IMG/VR virus record: IMGVR_UViG_3300045988_172778
Span: 82,530-146,529 of that record
Source: a virus
Direction: 5' to 3' (one strand)
Length of the DNA: 64,000 bases
The notes beneath the pieces were generated by a model. The model ran no database searches and was not told the DNA's origin. It saw nothing but the letters and a program-made list of their open reading frames with translations. Of this stretch, positions 53,214 through 61,007 are shown in pieces. Each line of letters starts with the position of its first letter. The stretch's first letter is position 1. Position numbers and translations under genes: made by a program.

Positions 53214-53309
53214 ATGATAAGGATTGTCATGGGGTGTTTAGTTTCTCTCATCTGTTTTGCCATATGCCTGATTATTATTCACTTTGACGACGGAGGCACC
53301 CCGCGATGA
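53214..53309 (+). CDS. small hydrophobic peptide (31 aa)
   Basis: AAGGAGG SD; MIRIVMGCLVSLICFAICLIIIHF; ATGA overlap with the next gene. Confidence 0.4.
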   Translation: MIRIVMGCLVSLICFAICLIIIHFDDGGTPR

Positions 53310-53509
53310 GAAAAGAGGAAAACGATTGCGTGAGTTGCCCCGCAGGCGTTCCGTGTCTCGGTAAGAGCTGCCCGATAAGGCATGCAGAGCGTATATATTG
53401 CGACAATTGCGGCGATGAAATAGACCCCGATTACGTGATAGAAATTGACGGGTATGATTATTGTTATGATTGCGCAGAAGAGCTAAAATTATTGGAGGAG
53501 GAAGAATAA
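53306..53509 (+). CDS. Cys-rich zinc-ribbon protein
   Basis: CVSCP...CDNCG...CYDC. Confidence 0.65.
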   Translation: MRKEENDCVSCPAGVPCLGKSCPIRHAERIYCDNCGDEIDPDYVIEIDGYDYCYDCAEELKLLEEEE

Positions 53510-53758
53510 ATGTATTTCAAAATCAGTTTGAACAATTTCGCAGATGTAAATAAGTTCGTTTCCATTGCACAGAATATATCGGAAGATACGATCTTGCATG
53601 GCGGCAGATTTGCCGTTGATGCGAAATCGATCATAGGTATTTTCAGCCTTGATCTGTCAAAGCCGTTGATGTTCGAAATCGACGCACACAACGGAAGTCC
53701 CGATGAAACAGCATTTGCCGAATTGTTTAAGAACTTTCTTATTACAAAAGGAGATTAA
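53510..53758 (+). CDS. HPr-like domain protein (lacks the His15 region)
   Basis: VDAKSIIGIFSLDLSKPLMFEIDAHNGSPDETAFAELFKNFL parallels the Ser46 region and C-terminal half of HPr. Confidence 0.45.
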   Translation: MYFKISLNNFADVNKFVSIAQNISEDTILHGGRFAVDAKSIIGIFSLDLSKPLMFEIDAHNGSPDETAFAELFKNFLITKGD

Positions 53759-53759
53759 A

Positions 53760-53957
53760 ATGGAAATCAAGACAATTACCATAAAAGACAAAAAGGACGG
53801 CGAAACAAAAACAGTTTCTTATTATATGACGGATGCAAACGTTCATATTGAAGATTCTTATTTAATTCGCTCAAACGAAACCAAAAAAAGAAATTTTAAC
53901 GATAATCCTTTCGAATACGGTTTTCGCTTACAAGAGAACGATAGGAAGTTGGCTTAG
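53760..53957 (+). CDS. hypothetical protein, N-terminal part of a gene that continues in the +1 frame to 54087 after an A7 run
   Basis: AAGGAG SD then ATG at 53760; the +1 frame is open from about 53870 to the TGA at 54085-54087 and encodes SWLREWRAHNVLYRWGYQPDRTKSVDLNEDE. Confidence 0.55.
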   Translation: MEIKTITIKDKKDGETKTVSYYMTDANVHIEDSYLIRSNETKKRNFNDNPFEYGFRLQENDRKLA

Positions 53958-54095
53958 AGAATGGCGTGCGCACAATGTTTTGTATAGATGGGGATATCAA
54001 CCCGACAGAACAAAGAGCGTAGATTTGAACGAAGATGAAACGCAGATTCGAAAGATTGGTTATTTCTTACTTTCGATATTTGAATGAGGTGAGAT

Positions 54096-54461
54096 ATGAG
54101 TTACGATATAAGTTTTAAAGTTAAAGTAGAAGGCTTGGAAAATCGTTATGTTGAGGTTTGCGATCCGAAAGCAAATATCACATGGAACTTAAGAGAGATG
54201 ATTCGGGAATCGACGGGGCTTGAATGGGAAAACGAAGCTAATAACGGATTATGCACGGACGTAATTCCCCACATCTCGCAAGGATTAAGCGAGTTGCAAA
54301 AGCACCCGCAGAAATATAAGAAGTATGAATCTGATAACGGTTGGGGCACGATCGGGGGTTGCAAAAATTTTTTCGGGAATATTCTAAAAGCGTGGAGCAA
54401 TTTCAGCACCGATTCTTGGACAGCAGATTTGGCGCCCGTAACTTATTTTTGGATTGAGTGA
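54096..54461 (+). CDS. hypothetical protein
   Basis: GAGGTGAG SD then ATG. Confidence 0.65.
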   Translation: MSYDISFKVKVEGLENRYVEVCDPKANITWNLREMIRESTGLEWENEANNGLCTDVIPHISQGLSELQKHPQKYKKYESDNGWGTIGGCKNFFGNILKAWSNFSTDSWTADLAPVTYFWIE

Positions 54462-54470
54462 GGTAGTAGC

Positions 54471-54677
54471 ATGAAAGTAAATGTGAGTTATGCAATGGAA
54501 GTTTCAGAAGAAGATTTTTACGGCATGAAAAAAGAAGTCGGTGTGGATACCGACGAAGAATTTATCGGGTTTTTAAAATGCGTCATAAAGGCGCAAAGCA
54601 CGGCTGGATGTAAACTCGTCAATTTGAAGATTGAAGTAGAACACGACGCATCGTTTACGCCATCGAATTTGAATTAG
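54471..54677 (+). CDS. hypothetical protein
   Basis: GAGGTAG SD then ATG. Confidence 0.65.
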   Translation: MKVNVSYAMEVSEEDFYGMKKEVGVDTDEEFIGFLKCVIKAQSTAGCKLVNLKIEVEHDASFTPSNLN

Positions 54678-54687
54678 GAGGAGACTA

Positions 54688-54873
54688 ATGAATAAATGTG
54701 AATTTTGTACAGCTTCAAAAAACCAGAACGGACGATTCGTGTGCGCGGGATGGACGCTTTATGATTGTCAAAGGGCAATCGAAACGATGGTTAAAGTCAT
54801 GGAAATCCAAGCTACCAGCCGTAACACGAAGAATTACAATATAAACAAACGCACGGAGAATAAAAATAAATGA
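54688..54873 (+). CDS. hypothetical protein
   Basis: AGGAGGAG SD then ATG. Confidence 0.65.
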   Translation: MNKCEFCTASKNQNGRFVCAGWTLYDCQRAIETMVKVMEIQATSRNTKNYNINKRTENKNK

Positions 54874-55205
54874 ATACGGTAATATTTTCAGTTTATGACA
54901 CCTTTTGTTTCGAGAGCTCGATACTTGTGTCCGATTACGTAGGGGTTAAGGCTGTAAGAACGACAGATCACCGTTTTTATTATTCACCCGACCTTAGGCA
55001 TGACGAAGTTTCAGATGCTCAAAAGTTCGGATATTTTGAAGCACTTTTTGGCGAGAGAGTAGATAGGATTCTAATTATAGAGGACGCCGAACTTATCGAT
55101 TCGGTAACAAAAGTTACATTTGGTGGAGAAAACCATTTTTGTCACGGCGACGGGGCTGTTACCGTAGAAAAATATTCAGAGGTGAAGAACAAATGGGTAC
55201 AGTGA
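54870..55205 (+). CDS. hypothetical protein, paralog family C
   Basis: MNTVIFSVYD... matches the start of the next gene. Confidence 0.65.
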   Translation: MNTVIFSVYDTFCFESSILVSDYVGVKAVRTTDHRFYYSPDLRHDEVSDAQKFGYFEALFGERVDRILIIEDAELIDSVTKVTFGGENHFCHGDGAVTVEKYSEVKNKWVQ

Positions 55206-55498
55206 TTTTTTCGGTTTACGACTGTGGTTATCGTTCCAGCGCACTGCTTTTAGTCGACGGCGTGGATTGGGGTTTGATCGATGGGAATATGTATAAGGAG
55301 TCAATTCCCGACGCCGAAGACATCGACGATTACGACGATGAGAAGTTGTTCGCCTTTTTCGAGCGGATGTTTAACGCGGAAATCAGGCGGATTATTATTG
55401 AGATTGACGGACACGTTGATAAGATACGTTGTAAATGCCCGAGAGGATTTTTCGGGTATGAAATAATAGGCGACGGGAAAGTTCGGGAAACCGACTAA
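55193..55498 (+). CDS. hypothetical protein, paralog family C
   Basis: GAGGTGAAG SD then ATG at 55193; MGTVIFSVYD... Confidence 0.65.
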   Translation: MGTVIFSVYDCGYRSSALLLVDGVDWGLIDGNMYKESIPDAEDIDDYDDEKLFAFFERMFNAEIRRIIIEIDGHVDKIRCKCPRGFFGYEIIGDGKVRETD

Positions 55499-55504
55499 AA
55501 ACGC

Positions 55505-55533
55505 TTGACAAACGTCAAGTAATATGGTATAAT
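55505..55533 (+). promoter_or_regulatory. sigma-A/sigma-70 consensus promoter
   Basis: TTGACA 55505-55510, 17-nt spacer, TGg then TATAAT 55528-55533; CTTGAC/GTCAAG hairpin spans the -35 box. Confidence 0.8.
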
Positions 55534-55561
55534 ATAAACAGAAAAATCAGAGGAGATTAAA

Positions 55562-56041
55562 ATGCTTTCAGTTGTAATGCAAGATGGTTTATCCAAATAT
55601 GACATGTATGACTATCATATTTATGGGGCTGATATTTACGGTTTTATGATCCAAGACGGTGAACACATAAAACTTGGCTGCTATAAATCCCAAGATGATG
55701 CTATGGAAGTTTTCAAGCAAATGACAGCCTATGATGGGCAAAATAAAGTCTATTTTATGCCTACCCAAGAAAAGTTAGAAGAGATCCGTAAAGAAACGTT
55801 TAAGAAAACGATATACAGAATGGCATTTACCATTCGAATCTCTGGCGGTCAAAACATAGATGATAAAGCACTTCGAAAAATTTGCACTGGGCTTTATCGT
55901 GTCGAGATTGAAACCGCTCGGCGAAGTAGAAGCCGAGATACGAGGCGGGTCGGGGCTCTCTATGTTGGAACCACGGAGCGCAAGAGAAGCGGCTTTGGAA
56001 TGGTTGAATGGAAAATGATATCAGCAAAAGTGAAAAAATAA
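55562..56041 (+). CDS. hypothetical protein
   Basis: AGAGGAG SD then ATG. Confidence 0.65.
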   Translation: MLSVVMQDGLSKYDMYDYHIYGADIYGFMIQDGEHIKLGCYKSQDDAMEVFKQMTAYDGQNKVYFMPTQEKLEEIRKETFKKTIYRMAFTIRISGGQNIDDKALRKICTGLYRVEIETARRSRSRDTRRVGALYVGTTERKRSGFGMVEWKMISAKVKK

Positions 56042-56061
56042 TATCAATAAAGGAGTTTTTT

Positions 56062-57027
56062 ATGAGTCATTATACAGTAGCAATAATTACTAAAGGCAAG
56101 CCTACGGGCGAAATGATTGATAAGTTAATGGCACCTTATCAAGAAAACAATGTGGGCGATTGCCCGAAAGAATATCTCAAATTCAACAATACCCGCGAAG
56201 ACTGTATTAGGAGATACAACGAATGGACGAAAACAATGTATCGCGACACAAACGGAAGTTTGTATCGTTACAACGAAAAACAATTTGAGAAGCCCATAAA
56301 AGCGGAAGACAGGGAAAAATACCGCGAGTGGCACAGCAACGGGGGCGAATACCTTACGTATGACTATACAGGGTATACAAAGGTTGAAATACCCTATAAA
56401 GATATATGGGCAACGGTTGACGAATATTTGAAAGAGTATTGCGACGACGAGTGGAACGAAGAAGCGCAGGACTATGGATATTGGGAAAACCCGAACGCAA
56501 AGTGGGACTGGTACCAAATTGGTGGTCGCTATGCAGGTTGCGTTCAAGTGAACAAGAAAACAGCCGTTGACTATGGTTACGGGGAGAAGTCTTGGGGTTA
56601 TGGAAATAAAAACCCATACACACAGGACGGCGACATTATATGCGTTGACAGTGCAAGGGTAAAGGATATTATACAGCGTAACGAAAAAGAAGCAGAACGC
56701 CTTAAAAGAAAATGGGAACTTATCGTTGACAACGAAGAACCGCAGAACGACGACGAAAAGATTGAGAAAACAATCGGATTTAACGCACAGTATTATATTG
56801 ACTTATATGGAACAAAAGAGAAGTTTGCCGAAATCGAAAGTCAATTCCTCACATACGCTGTTTTAACAAAAGACGGAAAATGGCACGAAGCAGGCGCAAT
56901 GGGTTGGTGGGGTATAAGTTGTGCAGATGTAGATGAAACACGCAAATTTAAAGAAGCGTATAAGCAATTTGTTTTTGACAACGCCGAGGACGATGATTTT
57001 TTGACGGTTGTCGATTGCCACATATAA
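56062..57027 (+). CDS. hypothetical protein
   Basis: AAGGAG SD then ATG at 56062. Confidence 0.65.
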   Translation: MSHYTVAIITKGKPTGEMIDKLMAPYQENNVGDCPKEYLKFNNTREDCIRRYNEWTKTMYRDTNGSLYRYNEKQFEKPIKAEDREKYREWHSNGGEYLTYDYTGYTKVEIPYKDIWATVDEYLKEYCDDEWNEEAQDYGYWENPNAKWDWYQIGGRYAGCVQVNKKTAVDYGYGEKSWGYGNKNPYTQDGDIICVDSARVKDIIQRNEKEAERLKRKWELIVDNEEPQNDDEKIEKTIGFNAQYYIDLYGTKEKFAEIESQFLTYAVLTKDGKWHEAGAMGWWGISCADVDETRKFKEAYKQFVFDNAEDDDFLTVVDCHI

Positions 57028-57068
57028 GCAGAGTATTTAAAAACGGAAAGTGAAGAAGAAGGATTGGT

Positions 57069-57173
57069 ATGAAGACTATCAAAAAAATAGATAAATACAC
57101 GGAAGACTATTTGAATAGATGCGGGTTGCTTGGTTGGATATACTTAGGCACAGAAGTGCAAGAACAAGAATAA
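57069..57173 (+). CDS. small hypothetical protein (34 aa)
   Basis: AAGAAGGA SD-like run then ATG. Confidence 0.3.
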   Translation: MKTIKKIDKYTEDYLNRCGLLGWIYLGTEVQEQE

Positions 57174-57259
57174 AGAGTTAAAAGTGATATCAAAATGATA
57201 TCGAAGTGATGTATATTATATATCATATTTATATCTTATAGAAAGGAGGGGGAAGAGGA

Positions 57260-57343
57260 ATGGTGGATAAAAAGGGACAAAAGGGGATGAGAGTGGATAA
57301 CATTCTCTCTTTTCTTCAACCCAAAAAGAGGAAAAATGTATAG
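57260..57343 (+). CDS. possible leader peptide (27 aa)
   Basis: strong AAAGGAGGGGG SD 8 nt upstream; overlaps the ATG of the next gene by 8 nt; also contains the two GTGGATAA boxes. Confidence 0.3.
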   Translation: MVDKKGQKGMRVDNILSFLQPKKRKNV

Positions 57344-58157
57344 ACAAGGACTTAGCTCGATCTCAGCACCCCCTGAGATTTACAACCAAATATGCAAACA
57401 AATCTCGCTTAACGCAACAATCGAAAGTGAAATTACCTCCACCCAAACCGTAATTTTCTCGACAGTTCGACCGATCGGATTTCTCTACAAGCAAATCGAA
57501 GGGAGAACGGCGCTTCGTTTAGCCTTAAAGCAGATGATTTACGAGCGAATCAACGAAACGACAGGCGAAGTCCAATACTTTCTAACCCTCGAAACAGGAT
57601 ATCGTTTCGGCAAACCGCCAGTTTACGTCATTACAGACGACGCAGAGATAACCGCCGCCCGATACAGCGAATACCTCTTGTTAACGCCTTATGGCAGTTT
57701 CCAGCGCAAGGAAACGACATTTATCGATAAAGCGACAGGGCGCAGATACGTAATGAGTTACACATACGACGGGAGCATAATCACGTTCAATCAATTCTCG
57801 AAAAAGGTAAACGAGAACTTCGATTTACCAGAATACATCAAATCGGTAATTTACACAGACGGAGACAAATGGGAACAGAACTTCCACGTGATTCAAGCGA
57901 AATGGCGTGAGAAGCAAGAGGCTGACATAGCGGCGAAGAAAGCTGAAATCCAAGCCCGCAAAGACGCAGAGGCGGCGGAGCGTAAGCGCAAAGCAGCCGA
58001 GAAGAAGGCGGCGGCTAAGAAGGCCAAGGCTTTACCAAAAGCGGCAAAGAAGATTACCAAAAATGCTACAAAGCCCAAGCCGAGTAAGCCTGCAACAGAG
58101 AAGAAGAAAGAAGAGAACATCTCTGATATGTGGAGCAATTGGGCGAAAGGAAAGTGA
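57336..58157 (+). CDS. hypothetical protein with histone-H1-like Lys/Ala-rich C-terminal tail
   Basis: C-terminus AAKKAEIQARKDAEAAERKRKAAEKKAAAKKAKALPKAAKKITKNATKPKPSKP. Confidence 0.65.
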   Translation: MYRQGLSSISAPPEIYNQICKQISLNATIESEITSTQTVIFSTVRPIGFLYKQIEGRTALRLALKQMIYERINETTGEVQYFLTLETGYRFGKPPVYVITDDAEITAARYSEYLLLTPYGSFQRKETTFIDKATGRRYVMSYTYDGSIITFNQFSKKVNENFDLPEYIKSVIYTDGDKWEQNFHVIQAKWREKQEADIAAKKAEIQARKDAEAAERKRKAAEKKAAAKKAKALPKAAKKITKNATKPKPSKPATEKKKEENISDMWSNWAKGK

Positions 58158-58415
58158 CTCTCTTAATCGGAGAATGACGTTTTTGGCAACGGATAAGAGA
58201 GCTAAAATCCCTTATGCCAACTGAAAATATCTACTCTCTTAAATAGAGAATCACCCTTTTTGCTTAAAGCATAATTAAGGCGGCGGAGCCGACTGAACCA
58301 CAAGGCAGCGCGAAGCGGTGGCGCAGTGGATACGCGAAGCGGAACGTCTGTGGAGCGAGCTATGAAAGCGGAGAACAAAAAATAAAAATAATTCCAAAAA
58401 AGTCATATAAAATAC

Positions 58416-58444
58416 TTGACAAAAGAAAAATATTGTGGTATAAT
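58416..58444 (+). promoter_or_regulatory. sigma-A/sigma-70 consensus promoter
   Basis: TTGACA 58416-58421, 17-nt spacer, TGg then TATAAT 58439-58444. Confidence 0.8.
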
Positions 58445-58512
58445 AAAAGCAGATAGTGGAGGAGTGGGCGGTTGATTGTCCGCAGCCTACGAGTTATTGT
58501 TTCTTGCAACGT

Positions 58513-58539
58513 AAAATTCCAGATTTTATCTACGATTTT
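58513..58539 (+). repeat. 27-nt direct repeat, copy 1
   Basis: AAAATTCCAGATTTTATCTACGATTTT. Confidence 0.85.
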
Positions 58540-58619
58540 CAAGAAATTGGTACGTTTTCAAAATGTAATGTAAAACAATATTATCTTATATTACAAAACG
58601 AAATCGTACCGTTTTCTCC

Positions 58620-58646
58620 AAAATTCCAGATTTTATCTATGATTTT
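58620..58646 (+). repeat. 27-nt direct repeat, copy 2
   Basis: AAAATTCCAGATTTTATCTATGATTTT (26 of 27 identical to copy 1), 107 nt downstream. Confidence 0.85.
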
Positions 58647-58679
58647 GCGTGTTGGCAAATCGATTTTGAGGAGTTTGAG

Positions 58680-60080
58680 ATGGAAAGTAAGTATAAGCGA
58701 GTAAATAACATGGGACGAATGTCCCCCATAGACGAGAGAAATCGAAAATTTACCTATAAAGAATTATGCGCTAAATATGGGTTTACGGAATTCCCGAATG
58801 GAGAAAAGAAAAACAGACAGCTCCAGAAATTAAAAGACGAATATAACCTTTGCCAAGTGGGGAGATACTATGTATTTCGAGACCCGATGGTGAAAGAAGC
58901 GATAGAGGAATTCGTTGACCCTTTAGAGGTGGGGAAGCAGTATACTTATTCGGAATTGTGCCAATTGCTTCAACAAAAAGAATATAAACATAAGGCAGAA
59001 ATTTTAGAGCAATTTCGAGATTGGAGCAGAAGATATGAATTCGGGAAAAAGATTAGGGGAAAATACAAACTAATCAGAGTAAAAGATCCAGAAGAAATGG
59101 TACTCGACAAATATTTCACCGACGCAAAAACAGAACACCAAAAAAACATGTTTGCCATATTAGTCAATGAATTAAATGACGCTTGTAAGAGGCAAGCAAA
59201 TAACGGGGCTGATTATGCCGAATGCACACTCGATATAAAACAAGCGATGGTATTATTCCGTTTTTACGGAGAAAGGATTGCTTATTTGAGAAATGCTGAG
59301 TTATTTGAAGAATATCAAAAAAGATACCCTTATATTCTTCGAAAGTGCCAAATTGAATGGAGAGAGTATACGAAATCAAGTCTTGTTACAACCTTAAATA
59401 GTTTGAAACGCAGAGGATTTATAGATTACCAAAATCGTAAACTTGTTAGAGAACATCAAAGCCAAAGAATTAGAGAAGCTACCGACGAAGAAATAGGCAA
59501 AATACTTATAATCAAAAATGAGACATTAAGTTTTTACGGAATAAGTGGAGGGGAATTTCAACTCAAAAAATATTCTCTCGATATTCAAAAAAGTTATCAT
59601 GAAGATTTGATTTGTCGGTACCAAAAAGAGTTGGATATAGATTGGGTGAAAGATACATATCACATTTGGATGGATAAGAAAAATCTCGCAACAAAGAGAG
59701 CGGAATTATTTGCCCAAAAAGATAATATTAAAACGATAGATGATTATCATAAAGTTTTAACAGAATTTCATAAAACATTTTTGCCTAAAAAAGTCGATAA
59801 CGAAATTAAAACATTTGACGAAAGAATGTCGGGTATTATAGACAATAGGCTTCCCGACTTTAATGAGATGTATGGAATCATATCGGCAGGTATGTCGGCT
59901 AGAGAAAAAGATAGTTTCTTTTTGTTTAATAAAATAAGCAAAGAAATATTTAAAGAAGACAAAGATAACGGGTTGATGGATATAAATAACTTTTATAATC
60001 CAGAGTACATTGAAAAATTAAAAAGCGAATATCGAAAAATTTGTTGGAATATTAACGATATGTTCCTTCCAGACACTTGA
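58680..60080 (+). CDS. hypothetical protein (466 aa)
   Basis: GAGGAG SD then ATG; preceded by a roughly 230-nt repeat-containing leader. Confidence 0.7.
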   Translation: MESKYKRVNNMGRMSPIDERNRKFTYKELCAKYGFTEFPNGEKKNRQLQKLKDEYNLCQVGRYYVFRDPMVKEAIEEFVDPLEVGKQYTYSELCQLLQQKEYKHKAEILEQFRDWSRRYEFGKKIRGKYKLIRVKDPEEMVLDKYFTDAKTEHQKNMFAILVNELNDACKRQANNGADYAECTLDIKQAMVLFRFYGERIAYLRNAELFEEYQKRYPYILRKCQIEWREYTKSSLVTTLNSLKRRGFIDYQNRKLVREHQSQRIREATDEEIGKILIIKNETLSFYGISGGEFQLKKYSLDIQKSYHEDLICRYQKELDIDWVKDTYHIWMDKKNLATKRAELFAQKDNIKTIDDYHKVLTEFHKTFLPKKVDNEIKTFDERMSGIIDNRLPDFNEMYGIISAGMSAREKDSFFLFNKISKEIFKEDKDNGLMDINNFYNPEYIEKLKSEYRKICWNINDMFLPDT

Positions 60081-60105
60081 CAAACCCATTCAAAAGTGAT
60101 ATAAT
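60077..60105 (+). promoter_or_regulatory. sigma-A/sigma-70 consensus promoter
   Basis: TTGACA 60077-60082 (overlaps the upstream stop), 17-nt spacer, TGa then TATAAT 60100-60105. Confidence 0.8.
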
Positions 60106-60154
60106 AGAACCATAGAAAATAACCGTCTCGAAATCGACGCGGTAAGGAGACCAA

Positions 60155-60703
60155 ATGAAAACATACGATCGAGAACTCGAACTCGGCTTCGAAGTATCCG
60201 CCGCCAAGGCGATGAAAATCATAACCCGCGAAAAACTTTTCATCAATCACAAAGAGATTGTTCGTCAGATGTGGCTCGAAGAAGGCTTTGTCAGAGATTA
60301 TAAATTTCGCACAAGGATACGTGATACAATGGCGATAGTTCCTAATATTCCAGTAATGATTGCCGCTGCCCCAATGCCTAAATACGAATTCACAACTAAG
60401 TATTCAAAAAGCGACGAATTAGCGACGGAGCAGGATAATATGGAACTCAATGCTACAATCTCGCAGCAAGAATACGATAAACTTCTCAGAATTTACAAAT
60501 CGACAGGCAAGGAGGAAACAGTAAAGGTCAGAATCTATTTTTCTGAACCACAGAATCCTCACACAATTTATACCATTGACACCTATCCTTATGAAAACAA
60601 TGATAGGGCGCGCATCGAAATAGAATTCTCTACCGAAGAACAAATCAAACAGTGGAAAGCGCCTGGTTGGTTCAAAGAACTTATCGACAGCAAAAAGGCT
60701 TAA
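60155..60703 (+). CDS. CYTH-like (triphosphate tunnel) domain protein
   Basis: N-terminal RELELGFEV (ExExK-like position) and C-terminal RIEIEFSTEEQIKQWKAPGWFKELI resemble CYTH strand motifs. Confidence 0.4.
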   Translation: MKTYDRELELGFEVSAAKAMKIITREKLFINHKEIVRQMWLEEGFVRDYKFRTRIRDTMAIVPNIPVMIAAAPMPKYEFTTKYSKSDELATEQDNMELNATISQQEYDKLLRIYKSTGKEETVKVRIYFSEPQNPHTIYTIDTYPYENNDRARIEIEFSTEEQIKQWKAPGWFKELIDSKKA

Positions 60704-60725
60704 CCGCCGCCTAAAAGGAAAATAA

Positions 60726-60986
60726 ATGGCAAAGAAGAAACCAGACCAACTTTGTTGGAACTGTAAACGCGCCGTTAATTGCGAACCGCTTACATGCCCG
60801 TGGGCAGCTTTCGGTAAGCCGATTGACGGGTGGAAAGCAGAGAAGTCAGAGTTCAGAGACAGAGTGGCAAACGACGTCAGAATCATACAAACATACAGCA
60901 TAACGGAATGCCCGTTATTCATCCAAGACCGAACCCAAGAGAAGGACGTTATGACTTTGTGGCAGAACGGTGAAACTTGGTATTGA
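60726..60986 (+). CDS. Cys-rich protein, paralog family D
   Basis: QLCWNCKR...CPWAAFGKPIDGW...ECPLFIQDR. Confidence 0.65.
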   Translation: MAKKKPDQLCWNCKRAVNCEPLTCPWAAFGKPIDGWKAEKSEFRDRVANDVRIIQTYSITECPLFIQDRTQEKDVMTLWQNGETWY

Positions 60987-61007
60987 GGCGGCGGACAAGG
61001 AGCAGAC

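Noticed and set aside
58456-58704. 82-aa + strand ORF covering the leader of the 466-aa gene
   Set aside because: It has a non-ATG start and a doubtful SD. The two copies of the 27-nt direct repeat fall in different reading frames of this ORF, so the conservation is at nucleic-acid level rather than protein level.
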